DNA of 64,000 nt, taken from positions 1,184,136-1,248,135 of the forward strand of contig JBJBDC010000001.1 in assembly GCA_047285535.1 (NCBI GenBank), in the 5' to 3' direction. Positions within the stretch are counted from its first letter, which is position 1. Every line of letters starts with the position of its first letter. Below, piece by piece: positions 26,298 to 36,947 of this stretch. The position numbers and the translations under genes are program-made. Source of the stretch: Synechococcus sp. Its GTDB lineage: Bacteria; Cyanobacteriota; Cyanobacteriia; PCC-6307; Cyanobiaceae. The notes below the pieces were generated by a model. It searched no databases and was not told the DNA's origin. It was given only the letters and a program-made list of their open reading frames with translations.

Positions 26298-27956
26298 AAC
26301 ACTCATACGCAAGCCAACAGCCTCAGCGGCTCGAATTCCATCAATCGCAGCAGAAAGAATTCCTCCTGCATATCCAGCTCCCTCGCCTGCAGGAATGAGT
26401 CCAACTGTGTTGAGTGACTCCATCTGTTCATCCCGAGGAATCCGCACTGGAGACGATGTACGAGTTTCTACGGCTGTCAACACAGCGTCTGGATGGTCAT
26501 ACCCCTTGATACGACGAGCAAACACAGGCAAAGCCTCCTGTAAAGCCTCCACCATCGGTCTTGGTAGAAGGCTGCGTAAATCAGCAACGGAGACACCAGG
26601 CTGATACGAAGGACAAATCTCACCCAGTTCTTTTGTTGGCCGTCCTTCCAAGAAATCCTGGAGCCGCTGCACTGGAGCGCTGTAATCAGCCCCACCAAGA
26701 TGAAAGGCTTTCTGTTCCAAAGCTCGCTGAAAAGACAGCCCTGCCAATGGATCTCCAGGCCAGGCAGCATAGTCTTCCAAATCTTCTCTTGATACAGGAA
26801 CAACCAATGCGCTATTGGCATTTCGCTCATTGCGTGAATGCTGGCTCATGCCATTGGTCACCACCCGACCCACCTCAGATGTAGCTCCTACCACCAATCC
26901 GCCAGGACACATACAAAAGCTGTAAACACACCGACCATTGCCAGCATGGTGAACGAGCTTGTACTCCGCTGCTCCAAGAAGGGGATGACCTGCATTTCCT
27001 CCCCAGCGAGCTGCATCGACCAAAGCCTGAGGATGCTCGATGCGAAAACCGACAGCAAAAGGCTTGGATTCAAGGGCAACCCCAGCCTGCTGAAGCATCT
27101 GAAAACTATCTCGTGCCGAATGCCCAGGAGCCAAGACCACCTGGCGACAGGCAAAAGAGGTTCCATCAGACAACGAGAGACCAACCAATTGATATGACTT
27201 ACCAGAGGCATCAGAGTGCCCGCGGGGTTCCAGCAAAACCTGATCAACTCGACTCCCAAAACGAACTTCTCCACCTAGTTCCTCAATTTTTGCCCGCAGC
27301 CCCCTCACCACCGTCGCCAGCTTGAATGTGCCGATGTGGGGTCGATGCTGAGTGAGAATCTCGGGATTAGCTCCACAAGCCACCAGTTCTTCGAGGACTT
27401 TGCAGCCGTAATGATTCGGGTCACTGACCTGGCTGTAAAGCTTGCCGTCCGAAAAGGTTCCCGCACCGCCCTCGCCAAACTGAACATTCGATTCAGGATT
27501 GAACTTCGCCGTTCCGCGCCAGAACCCGAATGTATCTGCAGACCGAGTTTTAACAGGCTGCCCCCGTTCCAGCAGCAACGGGCGAAATCCCATCTGAGCC
27601 AGTAGGAGTGCGGCAAAATAACCACAAGGACCAGCTCCGATCACCACAGGCCGTTGTTCGGAGCCCATCCCTATCGATTTTGGAGCCTGAGCCACGAAAC
27701 GATAGTGAGTGTCTGGAGTCACCCGAATTCTTCGATCTCCGTGAATTCGTCGCAACAACGACGCTTCACCATCCACCTGGACATCAACTGAATAAATCAG
27801 CTGTATTCGATCACGACGCCTGGCATCAATGCTGCGCTTCACCAGCTGATGATGAAGCAGCCGGGATCGTGGAATCTTTAAGCAACGTAGAACCTCTTGC
27901 TCCAGAGCATCGCGGCCGTGATCCAAGGGAAGACGCAGCTCACTAAGACGCAACAC
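26289..27956 (-). CDS. NAD(P)/FAD-dependent oxidoreductase
   Basis: VIGAGPCG, FGEGGAGTFSDGKL, SFCMCPGG, ETRTSSPVRI, GEGAGYAGGI. Confidence 0.9.
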   Translation of the reverse strand: MLRLSELRLPLDHGRDALEQEVLRCLKIPRSRLLHHQLVKRSIDARRRDRIQLIYSVDVQVDGEASLLRRIHGDRRIRVTPDTHYRFVAQAPKSIGMGSEQRPVVIGAGPCGYFAALLLAQMGFRPLLLERGQPVKTRSADTFGFWRGTAKFNPESNVQFGEGGAGTFSDGKLYSQVSDPNHYGCKVLEELVACGANPEILTQHRPHIGTFKLATVVRGLRAKIEELGGEVRFGSRVDQVLLEPRGHSDASGKSYQLVGLSLSDGTSFACRQVVLAPGHSARDSFQMLQQAGVALESKPFAVGFRIEHPQALVDAARWGGNAGHPLLGAAEYKLVHHAGNGRCVYSFCMCPGGLVVGATSEVGRVVTNGMSQHSRNERNANSALVVPVSREDLEDYAAWPGDPLAGLSFQRALEQKAFHLGGADYSAPVQRLQDFLEGRPTKELGEICPSYQPGVSVADLRSLLPRPMVEALQEALPVFARRIKGYDHPDAVLTAVETRTSSPVRIPRDEQMESLNTVGLIPAGEGAGYAGGILSAAIDGIRAAEAVGLRMSVSL

Positions 27957-27961
27957 GCGCT

Positions 27962-29236
27962 TTAACGACTCCCACCATGGTTAGACCTCAAAGAGTCATC
28001 TAAGACGCGGGTTGTCGCTTGACCAGACGGTGCCTGTCCTCGTCTCAGCACTAGGTCACTCGCCACACCCGCTAAGCGAACAGGCTGTCCCCGTTGGCGC
28101 ATCGCAATCGCTTCACACAAAGGCTTCACATCAGCATCGGGGGCAAGCCAAGCGATGGGGGCAGGAAGTCCTTTCGATGAAAGGGGCGGCGGAGCAAGCG
28201 AGGATAAAGCTAGAAGTCGGGCCACATCAAAACCAGATGCCGCCAACAAGTCAGGAGCCTCGGCCCATCGCTGCTGATAAGACTCTGCAAAAGAAGACCA
28301 CCCTGGACCATGCGCTGGCTGATCAAGAATTAATTGTGCCCAAGGCTGCTTCTGAATAGGATCCAAGCGGGCCACAGGCAGTAGCCAAACTCTTGCTGGG
28401 GTCTTAACAGAGACTCCTCCAAGCCGACCATTCTCCTGAGCCTGATCTATTTGCATCGCCAAGCGACCTGATGGATCAGCAACAAGAGCAATAGCATCAG
28501 GACGCTTCCAACCCACATCTTGAATGAATTGGCTCACCTCAGAAGCATCGTCTGGATTCACGTGGTGAACCAAGGTGTTTTCATAAGAGTCGACTGTCCC
28601 TCCCAGTGACTCAAAGGCTTCGGCATAAGCCCTAGCCATTCCTGCAGCGCGATCTGCGGGATTGGCAATCACCATGATTCTCCGCCAGCCCTGACCCAAT
28701 GTGTCTCTCGCGAGTTGGTCGATTTCGGTCTGTTGGGAAGGAATCAAAGGATGAAGCAATCCCTGAGAATCCAGCTGCACCAATTGACTCAAAGAGGCAC
28801 TCCTTTGATAAGGAAGAAGCACATTGATGTTGTGATCGTTAGCGAGCCGAGAAAAACGGGATAGATCACTAGCAAAAGGCGCGATCATTAGAGATCGCTT
28901 TGAACCCACTAGCCGAGCAGGGTCTGCGTCGCGACCGATCGTGCGCCACTCCACGATCGCGGGAAAACTCCCACACTTTCGAACCTCCTCCTCACCAAGT
29001 ACAAAACCCTGTCGAAACACAGCATGGGCAGGCAGCAAACCTTCGGTCAAAAGCGCGAGCACAGGAGCTCTAGCCTGAGTGCTCGCCGCCAAGGCTTGGC
29101 AACCCAGCAAGCTGGCAGCCACGATCAAAACCTTGCCAAAAGGAAATCGCCTGAAAAGTCGTCCCAATCTGGATCGCCTGTTGGAACCATCACCAACACT
29201 GGAATCAGCAGTGACGTCGACAACACGATCAATCAT
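27962..29236 (-). CDS. Membrane-anchored periplasmic-binding-protein-like (LivJ/LppC-type fold) protein
   Basis: N-terminal hydrophobic segment, AEAFESLGG and PDLLAASGFDVARLL resemble type-1 substrate-binding proteins. Confidence 0.55.
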   Translation of the reverse strand: MIDRVVDVTADSSVGDGSNRRSRLGRLFRRFPFGKVLIVAASLLGCQALAASTQARAPVLALLTEGLLPAHAVFRQGFVLGEEEVRKCGSFPAIVEWRTIGRDADPARLVGSKRSLMIAPFASDLSRFSRLANDHNINVLLPYQRSASLSQLVQLDSQGLLHPLIPSQQTEIDQLARDTLGQGWRRIMVIANPADRAAGMARAYAEAFESLGGTVDSYENTLVHHVNPDDASEVSQFIQDVGWKRPDAIALVADPSGRLAMQIDQAQENGRLGGVSVKTPARVWLLPVARLDPIQKQPWAQLILDQPAHGPGWSSFAESYQQRWAEAPDLLAASGFDVARLLALSSLAPPPLSSKGLPAPIAWLAPDADVKPLCEAIAMRQRGQPVRLAGVASDLVLRRGQAPSGQATTRVLDDSLRSNHGGSR

Positions 29237-29283
29237 GGGAGCCTCGGACAGAGAGGATGAGAGATCGAGTGCATTCCTACAAC

Positions 29284-29502
29284 CTAGGAAAGCTGATCCG
29301 TTTCGTCCTGACTTATCTCAGGATCTGTCGAAGGAATCAACAGGGCTAGCAAACCTGCAGCTAAGAGCATGCCCCCCAGCCCTAGAGCGAGAACCCGATT
29401 ATCACCTGCCACATCACCCCAAACGGCCGAACTAAAAAAGGCTGCTGATAAAAGCAAAGAGGGAACCATGACCACACCAGCTGCGAGGCGATTCTTTCCC
29501 AT
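29284..29502 (-). CDS. Small membrane protein (GIVxVP family)
   Basis: NRLAAGVVMVP motif and two hydrophobic helices. Confidence 0.75.
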   Translation of the reverse strand: MGKNRLAAGVVMVPSLLLSAAFFSSAVWGDVAGDNRVLALGLGGMLLAAGLLALLIPSTDPEISQDETDQLS

Positions 29503-29503
29503 C

Positions 29504-29857
29504 TCAGCCCTCGCTGCAACTGGACACCGCCAGCCCATTGCTCACCAATGAATCACCAAGATCTTGATCGGTACCGAGAGGAGTAACGCGTGCAATCAGG
29601 ACTCCATCTTGATTGCCTTCAGGACGAAGATTCACCCGTTTTCGACGAGGCACCACCTTTTTCAACAGATCAACCGCAGCAGCTTCATCCTCTGGATTCA
29701 CTTTGATGCAGGCCAAACGAATGCTGTAGTTGCGGTTTCGATCACCCACTTGAAGAAGAGTGGAAGAACGGACTTGCAGCACTTCTGCTGCTGTGGATTG
29801 CAAAGGATACGCAACCATTGCCAACCACAGAATCACAAGGCTGAAAAAGAAACGCAT
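29504..29857 (-). CDS. SNase/thermonuclease-like exported protein
   Basis: Signal peptide then AAEVLQVRSSTLLQVGDRNRNYSIRLACI, and LVSNGLA typical of the SNase OB fold. Confidence 0.7.
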   Translation of the reverse strand: MRFFFSLVILWLAMVAYPLQSTAAEVLQVRSSTLLQVGDRNRNYSIRLACIKVNPEDEAAAVDLLKKVVPRRKRVNLRPEGNQDGVLIARVTPLGTDQDLGDSLVSNGLAVSSCSEG

Positions 29858-29913
29858 CAAAATAGTGTCTCCTCAATCTGGCCAGAACAGTGGATTACGC
29901 TGCGCAAATTGGA

Positions 29914-31710
29914 TTATGCCGTACAAGTTCGTTTGATGTCATTAGCCAACTCAGGATGCGCGGGGAGACCGACCATCTGAGCATTACTTGCCCCTGGCGG
30001 GACCATTGGATAGCAGTTTTCCCCTCGTCTGACATGCACATCGATCAGAGTCGGACGGGGTGAATCGAGTGCATCACTCAGCTTGGAGTGAAGATCATCC
30101 CTTTCCGTAATCTTCACTCCATCAACACCGAATGCCTCAGCCAATGCACTGAAGTCAGGCATGCCATGCATCATGTTGGATGCTGAATAACGCTCGTCAT
30201 AAAAACTTTCCTGCCACTGCCGAACCATTCCTTGCCATTGGTTATTCACAATCACAACTTTGACAGGGAGTGAATACTGGGCGAGTGTTCCTAGTTCTTG
30301 AATATTCATCAGGATGCTGGCATCCCCAGCGATACAAACCACTTTCTGGCCAGGGAAAGCCACTTGCGCCCCGAGAGCAGCAGGCATACCGAAGCCCATG
30401 GTTCCGAGTCCAGCACTGCTAATCCAACAACGGGGCCCATTACGCAAATACTGCGCAGCCCACATCTGATGCTGCCCAACATCTGTGGTGATGATGGCGT
30501 CCCTAGCCAAATCACGGACAGCAAGCAGAACTTCTTGCGGATAAATGTCCCCTTCCTTGGGAGGAATAGTGAGGGGGTAACGCTCTTTCCAACAGCCAAT
30601 CTGCTCCAACCATGACGATGTCATGGACTCGCCGGAATTTTGAAGACTCTGATCAACAAGCTCGGCGAGACCCAATCCCACATCACCAAGTACGACAACT
30701 TCAGGTCTTCGATTCTTCCCAACCTCTGCGGGGTCAATCTCGAAATGAATCACCTTGGCTCTGGGGGCAAACGTGTCGAGCTTGCCTGTCACTCGATCAT
30801 CGAAGCGGGCACCAACTGCAATCAGAAGGTCGCAATCTGTGACGGCAAAGTTGGCGTATGCCGTTCCATGCATACCCAGCATGCCTAGGGCAAGAGGATG
30901 GTTCTCATCAAAAGCTCCCTTCCCCATCAAGGTGGTGGTAACAGGGATTTGGAATCGCTCCGCTAGGACCTGGAGGCTGTCGTGAGCCCCGGCACTCACA
31001 GCACCACCCCCGACGTAAAAGAGGGGTCGACTAGCAGCGCGAATCAACTCAAGAGCCTGAGAAACCGCCTTAGATTGAGGCCTTGCTGGTTGCCTGAATC
31101 CAGGCGGTTGAATCGAGCCTGGTTCAACAGGAATGTAATCGAACTCTTCTTGCCCTACGTCCTTAGGAATATCTATCAGGACGGGGCCTGGACGACCTGA
31201 AGAGGCGATAAGAAAAGCTTGAGCCACCACGGATGCAATATCAGCTGGATTACGAACAACCCAGGAGTGCTTAACGATTGGCAAGGTGATGCCGAAAATG
31301 TCTGTCTCCTGAAAAGCGTCAGTACCGATTGCGGTTCTAGGAACCTGACCTGTGATCACCACCATCGGCACAGAATCCATCTGAGCTGTAGCGATACCTG
31401 TCACCAAGTTTGTGGCTCCAGGTCCAGAGGTTCCAAAACAAACGCCAACTCGACCCGTTGCTCGAGCAAAAGCATCAGCTGCATGGGTACCACCTTGCTC
31501 ATGGCGAACAAGAATGTGCCTTAACCACCCTTCGCTCTCCGCAATATGGAGTGCGTCGTAAATGGGCAGAATCGCGCCACCCGGATAACCAAAAATGGTG
31601 TCTACCCCATGACGCCTGAGTGCATCCATGAGGGCGTGAGCGCCAGTAAGACGGCGTTGCTCCCTCGAATCCGACGATTCTGCGACCGTGGGAACGGATG
31701 TCATCGTCAC
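29914..31710 (-). CDS. ilvB: Acetolactate synthase large subunit
   Basis: FGYPGGAILP, RHEQG, TSGPGATN, DVGQHQMW, GLGTMGFG, GDAS...NN TPP motif. Start at GTG 31710 or ATG 31704. Confidence 0.97.
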   Translation of the reverse strand: MTMTSVPTVAESSDSREQRRLTGAHALMDALRRHGVDTIFGYPGGAILPIYDALHIAESEGWLRHILVRHEQGGTHAADAFARATGRVGVCFGTSGPGATNLVTGIATAQMDSVPMVVITGQVPRTAIGTDAFQETDIFGITLPIVKHSWVVRNPADIASVVAQAFLIASSGRPGPVLIDIPKDVGQEEFDYIPVEPGSIQPPGFRQPARPQSKAVSQALELIRAASRPLFYVGGGAVSAGAHDSLQVLAERFQIPVTTTLMGKGAFDENHPLALGMLGMHGTAYANFAVTDCDLLIAVGARFDDRVTGKLDTFAPRAKVIHFEIDPAEVGKNRRPEVVVLGDVGLGLAELVDQSLQNSGESMTSSWLEQIGCWKERYPLTIPPKEGDIYPQEVLLAVRDLARDAIITTDVGQHQMWAAQYLRNGPRCWISSAGLGTMGFGMPAALGAQVAFPGQKVVCIAGDASILMNIQELGTLAQYSLPVKVVIVNNQWQGMVRQWQESFYDERYSASNMMHGMPDFSALAEAFGVDGVKITERDDLHSKLSDALDSPRPTLIDVHVRRGENCYPMVPPGASNAQMVGLPAHPELANDIKRTCTA

Positions 31711-31769
31711 GGCATCCTCATAGAGAACTGACACTTAAGATTAAGTGTCCATCTATCCATTGGCAGAAT

Positions 31770-32945
31770 TCAGAGCAGGCCAAGAGCGTGGAGAGGACCA
31801 TGGCCGCTCAAGAGCTCGAGTAGAAAGGCGGAAAAACCAATCATTGCCAAGCGCCCATTCCAAACTTCAGAACTGTTGTTCCAGCCCCACTCCCACTTCT
31901 CCTGGGGGTAAAGCTTGACTGTGGTAGGGAGTGCAGCCGCTTGATCAAGATTCACTTCAGGACCTTCAAGGCTGGCGACGACCAAATCAGCCAATCCAGC
32001 AATAAAGGGTGGATAGGTGTCCAGGGCCCTAACCCTTCGAAAATTCACGACTCCAGATTCAGTGGCAAGTTCCCGATATTCAATGTCAATTTCCTCCAGC
32101 GTTTCAATGTGCTCACTAACGAAACTAATAGGGACAACAACAAGATCTTGAGTTCCGGCCTGACCTAGCTCTTCCAGGGCTTCCTCGGTGTAGGGCTTCA
32201 GCCATTCCACAGGCCCCACTCGACTCTGATAGGCAAGGGTATGCGGATTGGGATGTCCCATAATATTTTCCAATTCGGCCATGATCAGTGCCGTGCAAGC
32301 CTCAATTTCCTGCTGATAAGGATCACCTGCCTCTTCGACATAACTTTTTGGTACCCCGTGGGCACTAAAAAAGATGTGTGCATGCTCAACGTCATCACTA
32401 TCACGCACCTGCTCAGCAATTAATTCAGCCATTGACCGCACATAGCCTGGGTGGTCATACCAGCTACGAATACAGCGCAAAGGGAGAGCCTCGAAGCGCT
32501 CATCCATTTGCCGAAGCCGCTGAAGTTCACGGAAACTCGAACCGCTCGTGCTAATTGAAAAATGGGGATATAGAGGAAGCACAACAACCTCTTCGATGCC
32601 ATCCGCCTTGATATCTGACACAGCCGATTCGGTAAACGGATGCCAGTAACGCATGGCCACATAACTTGTGGCGTCAACACCACGCTGGCGCAGAAGGCTC
32701 TGAAGGTCTCGAGCCTGTTGTTCCGTGATACGCCGCAAGGGAGAACCGCCCCCGATTGAACGGTAAGCCTCCTGAGACTTCCTGCTGCGCAACGTGCTGA
32801 TCAACCAAGCAAGAGGTTTCTGGAATACCGGATTCGGCAGCCGAATGATCTCTGGGTCCGCAAACAGGTTGTATAGAAATGGGCCAACATCCTGGATACG
32901 TTCTGGACCACCCAGATTGAGCAGGAGAATGCCAACCCGAGCCAT
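31770..32945 (-). CDS. hemH: Ferrochelatase with C-terminal CAB domain
   Basis: [41 protein letters not shown]-terminal [12 protein letters not shown]. Confidence 0.98.
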   Translation of the reverse strand: MARVGILLLNLGGPERIQDVGPFLYNLFADPEIIRLPNPVFQKPLAWLISTLRSRKSQEAYRSIGGGSPLRRITEQQARDLQSLLRQRGVDATSYVAMRYWHPFTESAVSDIKADGIEEVVVLPLYPHFSISTSGSSFRELQRLRQMDERFEALPLRCIRSWYDHPGYVRSMAELIAEQVRDSDDVEHAHIFFSAHGVPKSYVEEAGDPYQQEIEACTALIMAELENIMGHPNPHTLAYQSRVGPVEWLKPYTEEALEELGQAGTQDLVVVPISFVSEHIETLEEIDIEYRELATESGVVNFRRVRALDTYPPFIAGLADLVVASLEGPEVNLDQAAALPTTVKLYPQEKWEWGWNNSSEVWNGRLAMIGFSAFLLELLSGHGPLHALGLL

Positions 32946-33017
32946 GAAAGTTTCTGTGATTTAAGGGGTTGAGCGTAACTCCCATCAACGTCATGGTGAC
33001 GGTGTCTTTACAGGGTC

Positions 33018-34199
33018 ATGAACTTCGACACCGCGCTATCAGCCACAAACGCGGCATTGGCTCAGGAAGGAATCAGACTACGAGTGGAGCGACGAGGGCA
33101 AAAATTAAATCTGCGAGGAAGGCTGCCCTGCCGTCAGCAACCCAACAAATGGAAGACCCAACGCCTGAGTCTTGGTCTCTTGGCCGACACGAATGGCTTG
33201 AAAGAAGCTGAGCGCATTGTGCAACTTGTTGCGCTGCAGCTACACAGAAAGCACTTTGAATGGGATCAATGGTTACCGAAGCAGAAGGTTGGACAACACC
33301 AACAAGAACAGGGCTCAACCACAACGTCTGGACATTCCCTAGATCACAATCTGACAGCGTTTCAAACTGCATTTTTTGAAGACCCACGTCGTCGTCGATC
33401 ACCTGCTGGCAGTCGCAGCACCTGGAGTGGGGCTTATCAGCCTTACCTGAGACGTCTCAAGACATTGGCACAGGAAAACAACTCTCCTTTAAGTCCTGCA
33501 TTGCTACTCCTGACTTTGAACAGCTATCCAGATGGAAGCAGGAGCCGTCAACAATGCTCGACAGCATTAGGAGCTCTGGCACGCCATCAAAATCTGCAAC
33601 TTCCAGATGAGTGGCGTGCGGAAGCTAGTGGGTATGGACTCCATCGAGCTCGTTTTCGACAATTACCAAGCGACTCACTAATCCTGGAGAGCATACTTCG
33701 TATTCCAAATCCCAGCTGGCAACTTGTTTATGGGCTGATGGCCACCTACGGACTGCGCAACCATGAAGTGTTTTTTACGGATGTTTCAGCTCTGGCATCC
33801 AATGGAGACAGAGTCATCCGCGTGCTGCCCACAACAAAAACCGGTGAGCATCAAGTTTGGCCCTTCCATCCGGAATGGGTGGATCATTTCAACTTGACAC
33901 GTCTCGGAGCTAGCGACTCCGTGCTTCCTCCGGTTTGCACCGATCTCCGCCGCACAACACTCCAGCAAGTCGGTAGGCGTGTAGCTGAGCAATTCAGACG
34001 TTATGAATTGCCTCTCACGCCCTATGACCTTCGCCATGCCTGGGCTGTGCGCACCATCCACATAGGACTTCCCGATACCGTAGCCGCCAGGATGATGGGG
34101 CATTCCGTAGCGATTCACACTCGCACCTATCACCACTGGATCACCAGACGAGATCAGCAACAGGCCGTCGATGCGGCACTGGCAAGAGGTAAATCCTGA
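33018..34199 (+). CDS. Tyrosine recombinase / site-specific integrase family protein
   Basis: YGLRNHE (catalytic Arg), TKTG (Lys), YDLRHAWAVR (HxxR box), MGHS...HTRTY (His, Tyr). Confidence 0.9.
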   Translation: MNFDTALSATNAALAQEGIRLRVERRGQKLNLRGRLPCRQQPNKWKTQRLSLGLLADTNGLKEAERIVQLVALQLHRKHFEWDQWLPKQKVGQHQQEQGSTTTSGHSLDHNLTAFQTAFFEDPRRRRSPAGSRSTWSGAYQPYLRRLKTLAQENNSPLSPALLLLTLNSYPDGSRSRQQCSTALGALARHQNLQLPDEWRAEASGYGLHRARFRQLPSDSLILESILRIPNPSWQLVYGLMATYGLRNHEVFFTDVSALASNGDRVIRVLPTTKTGEHQVWPFHPEWVDHFNLTRLGASDSVLPPVCTDLRRTTLQQVGRRVAEQFRRYELPLTPYDLRHAWAVRTIHIGLPDTVAARMMGHSVAIHTRTYHHWITRRDQQQAVDAALARGKS

Positions 34200-34864
34200 T
34201 GTCTTCTCCGCTTCGCCAACTGGCCTATCGCCATCGCTGGATTTACGACATCGTTACGGGGATCTCTGCTCTGAGTGTGGGGGGGGTCGATCGCCTGCGC
34301 GGGCTCGGTCTTTCTGCACTCGATCCCTTGCTCCCAAGGGGCGGCAACGTTCTCGACTTATGCTGCGGCTCAGGAGAAGCCGCAGAGGCTTGGATCAGGG
34401 CAGGATTTCATGTCACTGGCCTCGATGTATCACCCAAGGTGCTGGAACTAGCCAAGGCGCGTCATCCTTTGATGACCTGCATTGAGGGACTCGCAGAAGC
34501 TCCGCCATGCCCGCCGTCCAGCTTTGATGCCATTCAAATCAGCCTTGCGCTTCATGAATTTCCTCGCACCGAACGGCAGCAGGTCTTGACTGCTTGCTTG
34601 GAATTACTCAGACCCGGCGGCTGGATTGTTGTGGTGGATCTCCACCCTGCAGGACCTCTCTTAAGCCTTCCACAAAAAGTCTTCTGCGCTTTGTTTGAAA
34701 CAGAAACTGCGCTGGCTTTGCTTGAGGACGACTTACCGAAGCAGTTTCATGACATCGGCTTCACAACCATTAAGCAGTCTGTGATGGCAGGAGAAGCTCT
34801 CCAACGAATCACAGCACGCTGCCCCTCAAAAGGCATGCTGGAGCCAACTGTGGAGACGTCATGA
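34199..34864 (+). CDS. Class I SAM-dependent methyltransferase
   Basis: VLDLCCGSG, GLDVS, FD...LALHE, LRPGG. Confidence 0.9.
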   Translation: MSSPLRQLAYRHRWIYDIVTGISALSVGGVDRLRGLGLSALDPLLPRGGNVLDLCCGSGEAAEAWIRAGFHVTGLDVSPKVLELAKARHPLMTCIEGLAEAPPCPPSSFDAIQISLALHEFPRTERQQVLTACLELLRPGGWIVVVDLHPAGPLLSLPQKVFCALFETETALALLEDDLPKQFHDIGFTTIKQSVMAGEALQRITARCPSKGMLEPTVETS

Positions 34865-35565
34865 GCTCGGATCAAACTCCGGGGTCCACCTCATCACCGT
34901 TGGACCAATCAGCGTTGGACCAATCAGCCGAATCACTAGGCATGGGAGGGCATTTGGCCCCAGAAAAAGATGCAGATGCCTACCGCAAACGCATGGCACG
35001 ACGTCAAGCGGTGCAACGGAAGAGAGTCTCAGAGAGAAATGCTGAGAAGGGATTGGTCTTGGTGTTCACAGGTCACGGCAAAGGGAAAACAACCGCATCT
35101 CTTGGCTTGGCGTTAAGGACGCTGGGACACGGACACAATGTTGCCATTGTTCAATTCATCAAAGGAGGCTGGGAGCCTGGTGAAGCCAAAGCTCTCAAGA
35201 GCTTTGGGGAAGCACTGAGCTGGCATGCACTCGGAGAAGGTTTTACCTGGGAAACCCAAGACCGTGAAAGAGATCGACAGCTCGTGCAAGCAGCCTGGGA
35301 AACGTCACTCACCTATCTACGCGACGCCAAACAAAAGCTTGTGGTGCTGGATGAAGTCAATGTGGCTTTGAAGCTTGGCTACCTCGACCTTCATCAAGTC
35401 CTTCAAGGTCTCGAGGAGCGGCCCGGGCTTACTCACGTCGCACTAACCGGGAGAGGGGCTCCGGAAGAGCTGATCCAACACGCTGATCTGGTCACAGAGA
35501 TGTCGCTCATCAAGCACCCGTTCCGAGAACAGGGCATCAAGGCCCAGCAGGGGATCGAGTTCTGA
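34861..35565 (+). CDS. cobO: Cob(I)yrinic acid a,c-diamide adenosyltransferase
   Basis: TGHGKGKTTA, VQFIKG, LDEVN, LTGRGAP, ADLVTEM...KHPF..G.KAQ.GIEF. Confidence 0.96.
   Translation: MSSDQTPGSTSSPLDQSALDQSAESLGMGGHLAPEKDADAYRKRMARRQAVQRKRVSERNAEKGLVLVFTGHGKGKTTASLGLALRTLGHGHNVAIVQFIKGGWEPGEAKALKSFGEALSWHALGEGFTWETQDRERDRQLVQAAWETSLTYLRDAKQKLVVLDEVNVALKLGYLDLHQVLQGLEERPGLTHVALTGRGAPEELIQHADLVTEMSLIKHPFREQGIKAQQGIEF
34898..34927. repeat. 15-bp perfect tandem duplication (CGTTGGACCAATCAG x2) in the cobO 5' region
   Basis: Read directly. Gives LDQSA-LDQSA. Confidence 0.85.
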
Positions 35566-35682
35566 TCAATGACCAAGGAGAATGGAATGAATCCTCGCTA
35601 GAAGGCGAAGAGTCAAACTCGCTTCAGAATTCGTCAACTGATTCATTCAGCCTTGCTACTGTCATTCAGATAAGGATGTTGA

Positions 35683-36390
<708 letters not shown>

Positions 36391-36398
36391 TCATCGTC

Positions 36399-36947
36399 AT
36401 GTCTAACTCCGATCTCGAATCCAACATGCGCAAGTCGGTGGAAGCCACCCAGCGCAACTTCAACACAATCCGTACCGGCCGAGCCAATCCCTCCTTATTG
36501 GATCGAGTCAACGTCGAGTACTACGGAGCAGACACCCCGCTGAAGTCCCTCGCCAGCCTTTCCACTCCAGATTCGCAAACCATTGCCGTTCAACCTTTCG
36601 ACATTGGGTCCTTGGCCCTCATCGAGAAAGCAATCGCCACAAGTGACCTGGGCTTCACACCCAACAATGACGGAAAGGTCATTCGCATCAACGTCCCACC
36701 TCTCACCGAAGAACGCCGCAAGGAATTCTGCAAACTCGCCTCAAAGTATTCAGAAGAAGGGAAGGTGGCGTTGCGCAGCGTGCGTCGTGATGCCATCGAC
36801 AAAATCAAAAAACAAGAGAAAGAGGGTGAACTTTCAGAAGATCAAAGCCGAGATGAGCAAAATAAGGTTCAGAAAACAACGGATCGTTTCATCGCAGAAC
36901 TAGATAAACATCTCGCTGACAAAGAAATTGAAATTCTTAAGGTTTGA
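36399..36947 (+). CDS. frr: Ribosome recycling factor
   Basis: [22 protein letters not shown], directly after pyrH. Confidence 0.98.
   Translation: MSNSDLESNMRKSVEATQRNFNTIRTGRANPSLLDRVNVEYYGADTPLKSLASLSTPDSQTIAVQPFDIGSLALIEKAIATSDLGFTPNNDGKVIRINVPPLTEERRKEFCKLASKYSEEGKVALRSVRRDAIDKIKKQEKEGELSEDQSRDEQNKVQKTTDRFIAELDKHLADKEIEILKV

Noticed and set aside
31770..31900. CAB domain on ferrochelatase (and EF-hands on transaldolase) as novel fusions
   Set aside because: Both are known features of the cyanobacterial enzymes.
33018..34199. Integrase as the mobiliser of the ols cassette or a prophage marker
   Set aside because: It is 11 kb away, separated by core genes, with no phage genes or att sites seen.
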